Assembly (NCBI GenBank): GCA_937928185.1
Contig: CALEZX010000040.1
Span: 1,176 to 65,175, forward strand
Source of the DNA: an uncultured Bacillales bacterium
Lineage (GTDB): Bacteria; Bacillota_I; Bacilli_A; Izemoplasmatales; Hujiaoplasmataceae
Direction: 5' to 3'
DNA length: 64,000 nt
Numbering within the stretch: position 1 is the first letter of the stretch; each line of letters opens with the position of its first letter. A program made the position numbers and the translations under genes. The notes below the pieces were generated by a model. That model ran no database searches, was not told where the DNA came from, and saw only the letters and a list, made by a program, of their open reading frames with translations. Positions 1 to 9,556 of this stretch are shown here, piece by piece.

Positions 1-1076
1 CCTCCATTCATTTCTAAAACGATTGGTAATCCAAAAAGGGTCGCTACTGTCGAAATTTTTGCCATTTTGACAATTTCATTACTTGAAGCTAATTGTTGAT
101 TTAGTAAAATAATTGTAAATGTCAGCAAGAAAGATAACTGGAATGAGATAAGATGGATGCTATAAGGATTCACTAACAGAAAACTTATCATTATAAAGGA
201 TAATATATCAATTTTAGATAGAATTAACTTCGTTTCTTTTACAATAAATATCAAAATAACTGATAAAGAAGATCTTAAAATAGAAACTGAAAATCCACAT
301 AAAAAAGAATAAAATCCAATGATGATAATGATGATGATATTTTCTGTAAATGAAGATAAGTGAAGGGAAGATAACATTCTTTTAATCATCATAATAATTA
401 AACCTATATGCATCCCAGAAATAACAAAAAGATGGGTAATTCCCATCCTTTGAAATGCATTGGAAATATCACTATCCAGATATGAATCATCGCCAAATAG
501 TAACAATAAAATAACTTCTGTAGTATCGTTATCAGATATTTTTCTGATATATTTTTCTATTGAACTTTTAATTCGATTAAGATGAAAACGATGACCGGTA
601 ACTTCTATTTTTGTTGCATAGAAAACATTATCTATTCCCATGCCAATTAAGTAATCTTCGTAATCAAAATTATGTGGAATATTATAGCCATCAATTTGAA
701 TTGAATACCCTTGAAAATCAATAAAATCGCCAGGAGTAAAATCAAAAGTCAGATTATGATAAACATACCAAATATCATGATTTTTTTTTACGATTAAATG
801 ATTATTTGATACCTCAGTTACAATTCCTTGTTGATTTGTTGTATAAGTTCTTTCATTTATACCTTGAAAAGAAATGTATCTTAATAGAATTATTAGCGAA
901 ATAGACAAGGAAAAAATCATCAATGAACGATAATGTTTCCAAAGAAAAATTATTTCAGCAAACAATAAAGCAAGTGCAATAGGATGTCGAACTGATAATA
1001 GCGATAATATGACTACGATTCCTAAATGAATATATTGTCCCGAATTATACGCGAATAAGGTCTTTAATCTTCGCAT
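1..1076 (-). CDS. comEC: DNA internalization competence protein ComEC/Rec2, N-terminal part (runs off the left edge)
   Basis: Own minus-strand translation from ATG at 1076 stays open to position 1. It is a polytopic membrane protein containing the competence-domain motif QRMGITHLFVISGMHIG. It lies directly downstream of comEA. It is absent from the ORF track because there is no stop in the window. Confidence 0.85.
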   Translation of the reverse strand, partial: MRRLKTLFAYNSGQYIHLGIVVILSLLSVRHPIALALLFAEIIFLWKHYRSLMIFSLSISLIILLRYISFQGINERTYTTNQQGIVTEVSNNHLIVKKNHDIWYVYHNLTFDFTPGDFIDFQGYSIQIDGYNIPHNFDYEDYLIGMGIDNVFYATKIEVTGHRFHLNRIKSSIEKYIRKISDNDTTEVILLLLFGDDSYLDSDISNAFQRMGITHLFVISGMHIGLIIMMIKRMLSSLHLSSFTENIIIIIIIGFYSFLCGFSVSILRSSLSVILIFIVKETKLILSKIDILSFIMISFLLVNPYSIHLISFQLSFLLTFTIILLNQQLASSNEIVKMAKISTVATLFGLPIVLEMNG

Positions 1077-2058
1077 ACACAGTCTCTTTAATGCCTGATA
1101 CATTCATAATATCTTCAATTGATTCAAAAAGGCCAAATTCTGCTCTGTAATCAATAATTCTCTGAGCGATGATGTATCCTATACCCGGTAAAGTGTCTAA
1201 CTGATCAATTGTCGCTTGATTTATATTTATTTTTTGTGAATTGGCCGGTGAGTTGATATCGTCCGATGACGATTGACTGCTGGTTTCTTCTTTTGAAGGA
1301 ATATGAATAACCATTTGATTGACAATTCCTTGAGATAAATTTATATTGGATAAATCAGCAGTCGATTTCACACCGCCAGCGATATTAATGACATCCTTAA
1401 TCAACAGATTTGAATCAACGGGATATAACCCGGTTTTTACAACTTCTCCCGTAACTACAACATATATTAATGATGAACTCGAATCTGAAGAATTAGAAAT
1501 AAGTTTTTCTGGTATGGATATAATCATTTGATCTGCGACAAGAGAAGACAAGTTAATTTGTGATGTATCCGCCAAAGAAGTCGTTCCTCCCGCTCTCATG
1601 ATAGCGTCGAAAAGCCGATAATCTGAAGGAACCTGATATACTCCAGGGTATCTTACCGCTCCTTTAATATCTACCACTACTTTTGATTCTGATAAATTAT
1701 TAAACGTGACATCATCTTTAGGCGGAACATAAATAACCATTTGATCGTAAACAGTTTTTGCTAAGTTGATTTCTGAAATATCAGCTTTATTCGTTAATCC
1801 ACCTGCCATCTTAATGATATCATCGATTCTGAGGCCATTTGACACCTGGTAGACTGAAGGATATTTCACTTCACCTTTAATATCTACAAAAATGAAATCA
1901 TTCGTCGATAAAGTAGTTGTCAGTTCATAAGTGGTAACTGTTGTCTTATCATTTTGTTTTGGTTCTGCAGAAACATCAAAAACGTTCATAATGATTAAAC
2001 CGATAACTCCGATAACCAATAAAAAAAAGCCCATATAGCGTTTCATGAATGCAAGCAT
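1045..2058 (-). CDS. comEA: Competence protein ComEA (DNA receptor) with three tandem SLBB-type repeats plus a helix-hairpin-helix
   Basis: N-terminal TM helix. Three ~60-aa repeats (DIKGEVKYPSVYQV.., DIKGAVRYPGVYQV.., VTGEVVKTGLYPV..), each ending ..INL...V.QM.I.IP. C-terminal HhH: NINQATIDQLDTLPGIGYIIAQRIIDYR. Confidence 0.85.
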   Translation of the reverse strand: MLAFMKRYMGFFLLVIGVIGLIIMNVFDVSAEPKQNDKTTVTTYELTTTLSTNDFIFVDIKGEVKYPSVYQVSNGLRIDDIIKMAGGLTNKADISEINLAKTVYDQMVIYVPPKDDVTFNNLSESKVVVDIKGAVRYPGVYQVPSDYRLFDAIMRAGGTTSLADTSQINLSSLVADQMIISIPEKLISNSSDSSSSLIYVVVTGEVVKTGLYPVDSNLLIKDVINIAGGVKSTADLSNINLSQGIVNQMVIHIPSKEETSSQSSSDDINSPANSQKININQATIDQLDTLPGIGYIIAQRIIDYRAEFGLFESIEDIMNVSGIKETVYAKIKDLIRV

Positions 2059-2106
2059 TTTATCACCTCATGAAAATATTACGCTAAAGGACTTTTATTC
2101 TTTATT

Positions 2107-2781
2107 TTATGATTTCTGAGCGACAATAATTGTTCTCTCAGGCATTGTTTTTGTTTCTAATACCGTAAATCCTACTAATTTTACAATTCTTAGATATTCA
2201 TCTAAATCATGAGTCTGTTCATGAATTTCAACTTTATGGTCTTCACCCTCTAAATGTAAAATGACGGTATGGATAATGCTGTGAGGGTTATCACCTTTAT
2301 GGCATTCCCAATGGAAATTATATTCATTATCATCTTCTGAATAACCATCTAGAGCATCAATATAGTCAGAACTGAGAACGTCAAAGATGAATATTCCGTT
2401 TGGGTTCAGCGCTTCAAAAATATTCGTTAATCCAAACTGAACATCCTCCAAATCTGTCAAATGATTGATTACGTCCATAGAAGCAATCACGGTATCGTAC
2501 TGATTACCAATGGGATCGAGCATGTCATAGACAAATATATCCATCAAAATATCATTTTGGAATGCGCGGTAACGCGCAATTTGAAGCATTTCTTCTGACA
2601 AATCTGTAGCGGTTACTTGATAATTTCTTTTTGCAAATTCAATCGATAAAGTTCCTGTTCCACACCCAATGTCAAGTAGAGTACCATGGCTAGTATACTT
2701 ATCTAGTAATTCCAAATAAGTATCATAGACGTCTTTATCAATAAAAGCATCATAAAAATTTGCTAAAATATCATAACTCAT
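2107..2781 (-). CDS. Class I SAM-dependent methyltransferase (YqeM-like)
   Basis: SAM-binding motif LLDIGCGTGTLS and the position after rsfS, as in the Bacillus yqe operon. Confidence 0.8.
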   Translation of the reverse strand: MSYDILANFYDAFIDKDVYDTYLELLDKYTSHGTLLDIGCGTGTLSIEFAKRNYQVTATDLSEEMLQIARYRAFQNDILMDIFVYDMLDPIGNQYDTVIASMDVINHLTDLEDVQFGLTNIFEALNPNGIFIFDVLSSDYIDALDGYSEDDNEYNFHWECHKGDNPHSIIHTVILHLEGEDHKVEIHEQTHDLDEYLRIVKLVGFTVLETKTMPERTIIVAQKS

Positions 2782-2782
2782 A

Positions 2783-3115
2783 TTATAAATCCTCAGGATT
2801 TAGACGTTCACGTTGAATGAATAATTTATCGATTTGATAGTATTCACGCTCTTCGACATGCATAACGTTAACGATAATGTCACCTAAATCAAACAATAGC
2901 CAACGGCCTTCGGAAGCTCCCTCAACTTTTGCATTTATTTCTGGAACTGCCTGATATATATGATTTACAGAAGCCAATACCTGCCGATCAGATGTTCCTG
3001 AAGAGATAATCATATAATCGAACAAAGGAGAGTATCCTCTGAAATCATATATAACTATGTCTTTTAATTTTAAGTCGTCAAGTGCTTTATAAATCTTCTT
3101 TAAGGTTTCGGACAT
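2783..3115 (-). CDS. rsfS: Ribosome silencing factor RsfS (iojap family)
   Basis: 110 aa with typical iojap-like sequence (DYMIISSGTSDRQV.., W.L.D.GD.IV.VM). Sits between yqeK and yqeM homologues. Confidence 0.9.
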   Translation of the reverse strand: MSETLKKIYKALDDLKLKDIVIYDFRGYSPLFDYMIISSGTSDRQVLASVNHIYQAVPEINAKVEGASEGRWLLFDLGDIIVNVMHVEEREYYQIDKLFIQRERLNPEDL

Positions 3116-3686
3116 TCTGTTCCTCCATTATATTCTGATAATACATTAAAGCCTCAGTTTCAACTGAAACCGGAATTTCGCCGATAGAAATCAAGTAATC
3201 ATTCTGACTTTTTAATATCATAAATACTGCCAAATCAAGATCATTAAAAGCAGCGTTTCTAAAGATGGAATTATCAAATTTTCGAGTGGGTTCAATAAAA
3301 TCAGCTACGAAAATAATTTTTTCAATCAAACTCATATTTGGTCTTCCAGTAGTATGATATTTTATCGCATTTAATATTTCCACATCTGTAATGCCAAGAG
3401 TGTCTTTAGCATAAATGACCGCTGATAATGCGTGCCAAATAGGTTTTGGCCAATGAATGCAATCATCATTGTTAAAATGCGATTTCATCAGAAGTTGATG
3501 ATTTTCAACAGCATCATATTTTGTAACGTCATGCAGGATTGCAGCTATTTTAACTTTTTCGATGTCAGCATGATATTTATTAGCCAATAATTCTGCGATT
3601 TTAACTACTTCCAAGGTATGATTAAACCGATCAGTTAATCCCAATTTTTCTTGAACAGCAGGGAAGACTTCTTGATATGTCATCAT
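3087..3686 (-). CDS. yqeK: HD-domain bis(5'-nucleosyl)-tetraphosphatase YqeK
   Basis: HD motif (RFNHTLEV.., AAILHDVTK) and conserved yqeH-yqeK-rsfS context. Overlaps the rsfS start by 29 nt. Confidence 0.85.
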   Translation of the reverse strand: MMTYQEVFPAVQEKLGLTDRFNHTLEVVKIAELLANKYHADIEKVKIAAILHDVTKYDAVENHQLLMKSHFNNDDCIHWPKPIWHALSAVIYAKDTLGITDVEILNAIKYHTTGRPNMSLIEKIIFVADFIEPTRKFDNSIFRNAAFNDLDLAVFMILKSQNDYLISIGEIPVSVETEALMYYQNIMEEQNVRNLKEDL

Positions 3687-4811
3687 CTAGATAATCGCCT
3701 GACGGATATATACTCCGACTACAAAGGGGGCATACGCTTTTATATTAAAAGGTCCTCGTAAAGTGACAAATCCTAATCCGGAAAAAACGATATCGTATTT
3801 TAAATTGTCACGAATCTTGAAATCATGAAAAATCCATTTTGGCACTTTTTCTTCTTCCGAGAAGGGCGGAGTTAACAACGAATAAAGTTTTGAATCATAG
3901 AGTTCATCTGCTCTTTCTGTTTTGGTCCGATGAACATTAAGGGTATTTGCAAAGTAAGTTACAACATTGACTTTATCTCCGGTTTCACCAGAGATTATAT
4001 CCATTCTTGCCAACCCTCCGAAAAATAATGTTTGGCCTTCATTCAATTGAAATACTAAAGGCTTAATTTCTTTTTTCGGAACAGTAAGTTTATAAGAGGG
4101 GCGAGTCAAATAGTGGGTATATTGATGCTTATTGATGACGCCAGGGGTATCAAAAATCATCGTACCGTCTTTTAGTGGGAACCCAACCATTCCAATGGTT
4201 GTTCCTGGTGCCGATGATACCGTAACAACATCAGCTTCTCTACCGAAGTAACGTCTTAATATTTGATTGATTACTTTTGATTTCCCAACATTAGTGGATC
4301 CTACGAGATAAACATTTCGATCGCCTTTATACCTATAGATAAGTTCCATTAATTCATCAAAATAATTTCCATATTTCGCTGAAATTAAGATTGAATCGAG
4401 AACAGTAAATCCTTCACTAGCAATCATCTGTTTAACCCAACCAAGAATCTTATCGTATTTGACGTTTTTTGGAAGAAGATCCATCTTATTGCAAACAAGT
4501 ATAACATCCCGATTTCCAGTCAGCCGTTTAATTGCAGGGACGAACGAACCTGAAAAATCAAATATGTCAACGATTTTAACAATAAGAGCATTTTCTTTGC
4601 TGATTTGATTGATAACGTTGAGGTAATCGTCGTTTGAAACGCTCACGCTTATGACATCGCTATAATTTCTTATTCGAAAACATCTTTGACATAATAGGCG
4701 TTTCCGATCAGTATCAGCAATAACTTTTTCGGTAATAAACCCAGGAGCATGTCGGTCTAAAGTTTGAATTTTGGCTCCGCATCCGCTGCAAAATAATTCA
4801 TCCATCTGCAT
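3687..4811 (-). CDS. yqeH: Ribosome biogenesis GTPase YqeH (circularly permuted GTPase with N-terminal Zn ribbon)
   Basis: CSGCG..CQRCFRIRNY zinc ribbon. Permuted G motifs (NKMDLL .. GSTNVGKS .. DTPG). Confidence 0.9.
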   Translation of the reverse strand: MQMDELFCSGCGAKIQTLDRHAPGFITEKVIADTDRKRLLCQRCFRIRNYSDVISVSVSNDDYLNVINQISKENALIVKIVDIFDFSGSFVPAIKRLTGNRDVILVCNKMDLLPKNVKYDKILGWVKQMIASEGFTVLDSILISAKYGNYFDELMELIYRYKGDRNVYLVGSTNVGKSKVINQILRRYFGREADVVTVSSAPGTTIGMVGFPLKDGTMIFDTPGVINKHQYTHYLTRPSYKLTVPKKEIKPLVFQLNEGQTLFFGGLARMDIISGETGDKVNVVTYFANTLNVHRTKTERADELYDSKLYSLLTPPFSEEEKVPKWIFHDFKIRDNLKYDIVFSGLGFVTLRGPFNIKAYAPFVVGVYIRQAII

Positions 4812-5371
4812 TACCTCTTTTCATGAAGATTCAAATCATTAAAATATGAAGGGTATTTATTTTCAATACGCTTTAAGATTCTGCGTTCAAAACGACGATT
4901 TATACGAGTAAACCATTTCTCATTATCGCGTTTGATTGCATCAACAAGTATACATTTTAAGCCAAACATTTTTGCTCCAAAGACATCAGTCATTAATTGA
5001 TCGCCAATGACGCAAACTGAATTTTTATCAGTAATATCGAGTTTTTTCATAGCTTTCTTAAAACTCATGGAAAATGGTTTTTTTGCTTTCGCAATAAAAG
5101 GACATTTGAGTAAAGCAGAAAAAGACTGAATTCTAGGAACTTTATTGTTAGATATAATCATTATTTTAAACCCATGATTTTTAAGCACATTAAAAAAATC
5201 TATGAGTTGATTCGAAGGCAACGATTCATCATAAGGAATAAGGGTATTATCAACATCAATTAACAATCCCAAAATACCATTTGCTTTGAGAGATAGAAAA
5301 TCAATATCATATATGGTTTTAAAATAATCATCGGGCATAAAAAATCTAGTTTTGAAGAAAAAGTCAGTCAT
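4811..5371 (-). CDS. yqeG: YqeG-family HAD phosphatase
   Basis: HAD motifs (LLIDVDNTL, ISNN, GDQLMTD). I place the start at ATG 5371 (MTDFFFK), which has SD GGAGG upstream. The ORF-track 5' extension to 5437 runs through the promoter. Confidence 0.85.
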   Translation of the reverse strand: MTDFFFKTRFFMPDDYFKTIYDIDFLSLKANGILGLLIDVDNTLIPYDESLPSNQLIDFFNVLKNHGFKIMIISNNKVPRIQSFSALLKCPFIAKAKKPFSMSFKKAMKKLDITDKNSVCVIGDQLMTDVFGAKMFGLKCILVDAIKRDNEKWFTRINRRFERRILKRIENKYPSYFNDLNLHEKR

Positions 5372-5396
5372 TTCCAACCTCCAAATGCTACACTGT

Positions 5397-5426
5397 ATTA
5401 TACACAATTTGATGAAAAAAGTCCAA
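5397..5426 (-). promoter_or_regulatory. Sigma-70-type promoter of the yqeG operon
   Basis: Minus strand reads TTGGAC-18 nt-TGTGTATAAT (extended -10), about 25 nt upstream of the SD and ATG at 5371. Confidence 0.6.
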
Positions 5427-5589
5427 TTTTTTCGCAACCACAGCTGATGAGAAATCTTTTTATGTATGTTAAATGTGAATGAATTTATCTCAAAGAAAAA
5501 ATGAACTGATATAACTGATGACTTTATTGTTTTTTTGTTTTTAAAAAAAGATGTTGTTCTATACTATATGTATCGAAAACACCTTATGA

Positions 5590-6327
5590 TTAATAGACAA
5601 TGATCGCACTAAATACGAGTTGATTATCATCATTCGTTTTGGCTAAAATATGCATCTCTTGGTCATTGTCGGTAATGTTCATTGTGAATTTATCTGTTAG
5701 GAAAAGCGAATTTGAATAGTTAATCTGATATTCTGAAATACTGAATAAACGGTTACGTTTATTGGTAAAAGCTTCAGAAATATAATCAAGATACATAACG
5801 TTATTCACATGGGTATTTTGATCAATTTCTGATGGTTGCACTTCACGAACAATCATTTTTAGTGATGAAGGATCAAGCGGATCATAACGTAAATAACCTT
5901 CTGATATTATTTTCTCTTTTGGAGAGACAAGATGATTCTTTGTCAATTCAAAATGGCTTGGTTTTATTAATGAAAAAGAAGATTTATCAATAACGACCCA
6001 CTTGGCAATACCAATTATAATGAGCTGATTATTTTCATTAAACACCTGATAATTACGATCAATACCGACAAGATCATAAGGGTTAGGCCAAGTGATAATT
6101 CGGTAATTATGATGGTTAATGATTGGTCCTAATTGTTTAACTCTCAATCTGGCTACCGCCCAAAAAGCATTATATTCCCTCATTTTGTCTGAGCCATATC
6201 CTATTTCTTCAGCATGAGCTATTGAAGCGTCCTGCATCCATTTTTGTATTATTTTGAAATAATCGAAAATGGTAGGATTTGGCAAATCACATTCAAGTCT
6301 GTAGGAAAATTCAAAGGGTTTTATCAT
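5590..6327 (-). CDS. Acyl-ACP thioesterase (FatA/FatB-like)
   Basis: 245 aa. Double hot-dog layout with a typical N-terminal half (..FWAVARLRVK..) and a second half with ..DQNTHVNNVMYLDY.. Confidence 0.75.
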   Translation of the reverse strand: MIKPFEFSYRLECDLPNPTIFDYFKIIQKWMQDASIAHAEEIGYGSDKMREYNAFWAVARLRVKQLGPIINHHNYRIITWPNPYDLVGIDRNYQVFNENNQLIIIGIAKWVVIDKSSFSLIKPSHFELTKNHLVSPKEKIISEGYLRYDPLDPSSLKMIVREVQPSEIDQNTHVNNVMYLDYISEAFTNKRNRLFSISEYQINYSNSLFLTDKFTMNITDNDQEMHILAKTNDDNQLVFSAIIVY

Positions 6328-6333
6328 CTAGCA

Positions 6334-8133
6334 TCACCCTTGGTGTCTGGGCTTTATTAGACACTCTGGTCCGTACCCTATCAAATCGGTTCTTCCAGCA
6401 CTGATAAGCGCTTCTTTTACCAATTCATAATTATTGGGATTTCTGAATTGAATCAATGCTCTTTGCATCGCTTTTTCATGCATGCTTTTTGGGACATAAA
6501 CTTTTGAGATTGTTCTTGGATCTAATTCAGTATAGTACATCGTGGTCGATAATGTTAGAGGCGTCGGATAAAAATCCTGAACCTGTTCCGGATTATATCC
6601 CAAATCTCGGATGTATTCTGCAAGTATGATTGCGTCTTTTAATGTAGATCCGGGATGTGAACTCATCAAATAAGGGACAAGATATTGTTCTTTATGAATT
6701 GCTTTTGTCAATTGATAAAATTTTTGTACAAACTTATCATATAATTTTCTTCCGGGTTTACCCATTTTTTCTAACACAGCGTCGGATACATGTTCAGGAG
6801 CAACTTTTAACTGACCAGAAACATGGTGTTCAATCAGTTCTTTGAAGAAAGTGTCGTCATTATCATACATCAGATAATCATATCGGATTCCACTTCTTAC
6901 AAAAACTTTTTTTATGCCATCAAGTTCTCTTAATGATCTTAGTATATCGAGATATTCAAGATGATCAACTTTAAGATTCTGACATTTAGAAGGATGCAAA
7001 CATTGTTTTTTTGCGCATACACCGTATTTAAGTTGTTTGTCACAGGCAGGACGGTAAAAATTCGCTGTAGGCCCGCCAACATCATGTATGTACCCTTTGA
7101 AATCAGGATCTTTCACAATCATTTTAGCTTCTTCTATAACTGAGGCCTTACTTCTCGCCGACATTGTTCTCCCCTGATGCATCGTCAATGCACAGAATGA
7201 GCACCCGCCATAACACCCGCGATTGATTACGATTGAATGTTTAACTTCATCAATCGCTGAGACATGCCCCATTGCTTCTTGAAGAGGGTGAGTTGCCCTC
7301 ATGAACGGCAAATCATAAACCTGTCCCATTTCTTCTTCGGATAAAGGAGATTGCGGAGGATTCTGAACATAAAATTCTTGTGAGTATTCTTCAATAAGAG
7401 GCCTAGAAGCAATTGAATCAGTGTTTTCGTACTGAATCATGAAAGACTGAGCATATTTTATTTTAGAAGAGATGACTTCGTTAAAAGTAGGTAAATTAAT
7501 TGCATCTGCGGGTAGATAATCTACATTTGTCGTCTTCCATACAGTACCCTTAACAAATATGATATCAGATATTTCTAAACCTGAATTAAGAGAATCTGCG
7601 ATTTCTAAAATAGATTTCTCACCCATGCCGTAAACTAAAATATCCGCTTTTGAATCAAATAAAATGCTTTTTCTTACAGAATCATCCCAGTAGTCATAAT
7701 GAGCAAATCTTCTCAGTGAAGCTTCAATCCCACCGATGATAATAGCTGAAGAAGGAGCTATTTTCCTTATTACATTCGAATATTTAATAACAGCGCGGTC
7801 TGGGCGTTTACCCATGATTCCACCAGGCGTATAATAGTCTTTTGTTCTTCGTTTTTTAGCTACCGTATAATGATTGACCATTGAATCAATATTACCACTG
7901 TTAACTAGCCATCCCAGCCTTGGTAATCCAAATTCAAGGAATGAGGATTCATCTTTGATGTTAGGCTGAGAAAGGATGCAAATACTGTATCCGTTTCTTT
8001 CTAACCATCGTGCGATAATTGCCGTGCCAAAAGAAGGATGATCGCAATAAGCGTCACCAGTCACAAATACAAAATCAGGTTGTTGAATACCGTAGTTGAT
8101 CATCTCAGTACGGTTAATTGGCAGAAATGGCAC
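6334..8133 (-). CDS. ygiQ: YgiQ-family radical SAM protein (UPF0313)
   Basis: 599 aa. N-terminal MPFLPINRTEM..PDFVFVTGDAYCDHPSFG is typical of YgiQ. The radical SAM cluster motif is RGCYGGCSFCAL. Confidence 0.9.
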   Translation of the reverse strand: MPFLPINRTEMINYGIQQPDFVFVTGDAYCDHPSFGTAIIARWLERNGYSICILSQPNIKDESSFLEFGLPRLGWLVNSGNIDSMVNHYTVAKKRRTKDYYTPGGIMGKRPDRAVIKYSNVIRKIAPSSAIIIGGIEASLRRFAHYDYWDDSVRKSILFDSKADILVYGMGEKSILEIADSLNSGLEISDIIFVKGTVWKTTNVDYLPADAINLPTFNEVISSKIKYAQSFMIQYENTDSIASRPLIEEYSQEFYVQNPPQSPLSEEEMGQVYDLPFMRATHPLQEAMGHVSAIDEVKHSIVINRGCYGGCSFCALTMHQGRTMSARSKASVIEEAKMIVKDPDFKGYIHDVGGPTANFYRPACDKQLKYGVCAKKQCLHPSKCQNLKVDHLEYLDILRSLRELDGIKKVFVRSGIRYDYLMYDNDDTFFKELIEHHVSGQLKVAPEHVSDAVLEKMGKPGRKLYDKFVQKFYQLTKAIHKEQYLVPYLMSSHPGSTLKDAIILAEYIRDLGYNPEQVQDFYPTPLTLSTTMYYTELDPRTISKVYVPKSMHEKAMQRALIQFRNPNNYELVKEALISAGRTDLIGYGPECLIKPRHQG

Positions 8134-8135
8134 TA

Positions 8136-8822
8136 TTATCCCTCGATAGATTTAAATTTTATTCCTAGTTCGCGGCGAATCTGATGGTAATCAGGTAAGT
8201 AAAACAAGAGCATTTTGTAAAAATCTCTTCCATGATTTTGAATTTTTAGATGAACCAGTTCATGGACTAAAATGGTTTCTAAATAGCTTTCTTCAAAGCA
8301 TGCTAAAACACTGTTTAACTTAATAATCTTTGTTTTATTTTGGCAACTTCCGAATTGACTTTTCATCCATTGAGATTTGATTTCAATTCCATTAAAGTTG
8401 ATTTCGTTTCCAATAATGGTATTCCATTTTTGTAATAATTCATTTGCTTTTTCTATAACTGTTTCTTGATAAAATTTTTTTAAATATAAGAGTTGATTAT
8501 CTTCTTTCCGAAAATAAAAAACATTATCTTTTAACTGGCAGGGTTTCTTTAAAAGCGGATTAATGTCAATTTGGTAATTTACACCAAACAGACTGACTGT
8601 TGAACTGATTAAAGGAATAACTGATCGATTGAGATTATTCAGCGTATTATTGATGGTCATTTCATGTTTTTTGATAAAGTCGATGATTGAATCCTCTTTG
8701 GTTTTCAAGGAAGTAGTGACATATAATGTACGATCAGATTTAATTCGTAAATATGTATGTCGGATATTTTTGTACTTTATCAAAATGGGAATATCTTTAC
8801 CAGCAATATTTATTCTATCCAC
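8136..8822 (-). CDS. DUF45 / YgjP-like M48-type zinc metallohydrolase
   Basis: C-terminal HELVHLKIQNHGRDF (HExxH) in a ~230-aa protein. Confidence 0.75.
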   Translation of the reverse strand: MDRINIAGKDIPILIKYKNIRHTYLRIKSDRTLYVTTSLKTKEDSIIDFIKKHEMTINNTLNNLNRSVIPLISSTVSLFGVNYQIDINPLLKKPCQLKDNVFYFRKEDNQLLYLKKFYQETVIEKANELLQKWNTIIGNEINFNGIEIKSQWMKSQFGSCQNKTKIIKLNSVLACFEESYLETILVHELVHLKIQNHGRDFYKMLLFYLPDYHQIRRELGIKFKSIEG

Positions 8823-9514
8823 TGATAATCCTCAACAAATTTAATGACAAAGCCTGCAGTGGTATCTGCAATTTCATCTACGAAATTTTCGTACATCTGG
8901 ACTTGTAAAGTATCATCAATAACGTCTGATATCCCACGGATAACAATAAAAGGAACTCTAAATTTATATGCAGTAATCGCAACAGCCATACTTTCCATTT
9001 CTACGGCATACAATTGGTCGATAACATCCTGGAGCGGTTTAAGTTTTATCGAATCGGTAACAAATTGATCGCCTGAGGCAATCATACCTAAACGGTATGA
9101 TAATTTTAAATCGCTTAGAATTTTTACGGCTTTTATAGTAAGATCATTATCAGAGTAAACGATATAGGGATCACCAGGAATCTGACCATAAGGCAAATCT
9201 TTATCTATTTCACTGACATCGACATCTGAATATACAATCCCTTTAGAAATGACGATATCTCCGGAATTAACGGGAAAAAGACCTCCTGCGACGCCGGTGT
9301 TGATGATAAAATCGATATCATATTTTAAGCATAACGCCGAAGTCGTAATGGCTGCATTGACTTTTCCTATTCCGGATTTAGCTACAATTACATCCTTTTG
9401 TCCAAGTTTTCCTATATAGAATATCTTATCAGCAATCGTTTCTATTTCTTCAACATTCATGTGTTCAAGCAGGGTTTTTACCTCTTTATCCATGGCAGCT
9501 ATAATTGCAATCAT
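8810..9514 (-). CDS. mtnN: 5'-methylthioadenosine/S-adenosylhomocysteine nucleosidase
   Basis: MIAIIAAMDKE.., SGIGKVNAA, VEMES and ISD motifs of Pfs/MtnN. Confidence 0.9.
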   Translation of the reverse strand: MIAIIAAMDKEVKTLLEHMNVEEIETIADKIFYIGKLGQKDVIVAKSGIGKVNAAITTSALCLKYDIDFIINTGVAGGLFPVNSGDIVISKGIVYSDVDVSEIDKDLPYGQIPGDPYIVYSDNDLTIKAVKILSDLKLSYRLGMIASGDQFVTDSIKLKPLQDVIDQLYAVEMESMAVAITAYKFRVPFIVIRGISDVIDDTLQVQMYENFVDEIADTTAGFVIKFVEDYQWIE

Positions 9515-9526
9515 AGAGTCACCTCA

Positions 9527-9554
9527 AGAAAAAAGCGGAAAACTCGTTTCCGCA
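9527..9554 (-). terminator. Rho-independent terminator after greA
   Basis: Minus strand: GCGGAAA-loop-TTTCCGC followed by TTTTTTC, immediately after the greA stop. Confidence 0.7.
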
Positions 9555-9556
9555 GA

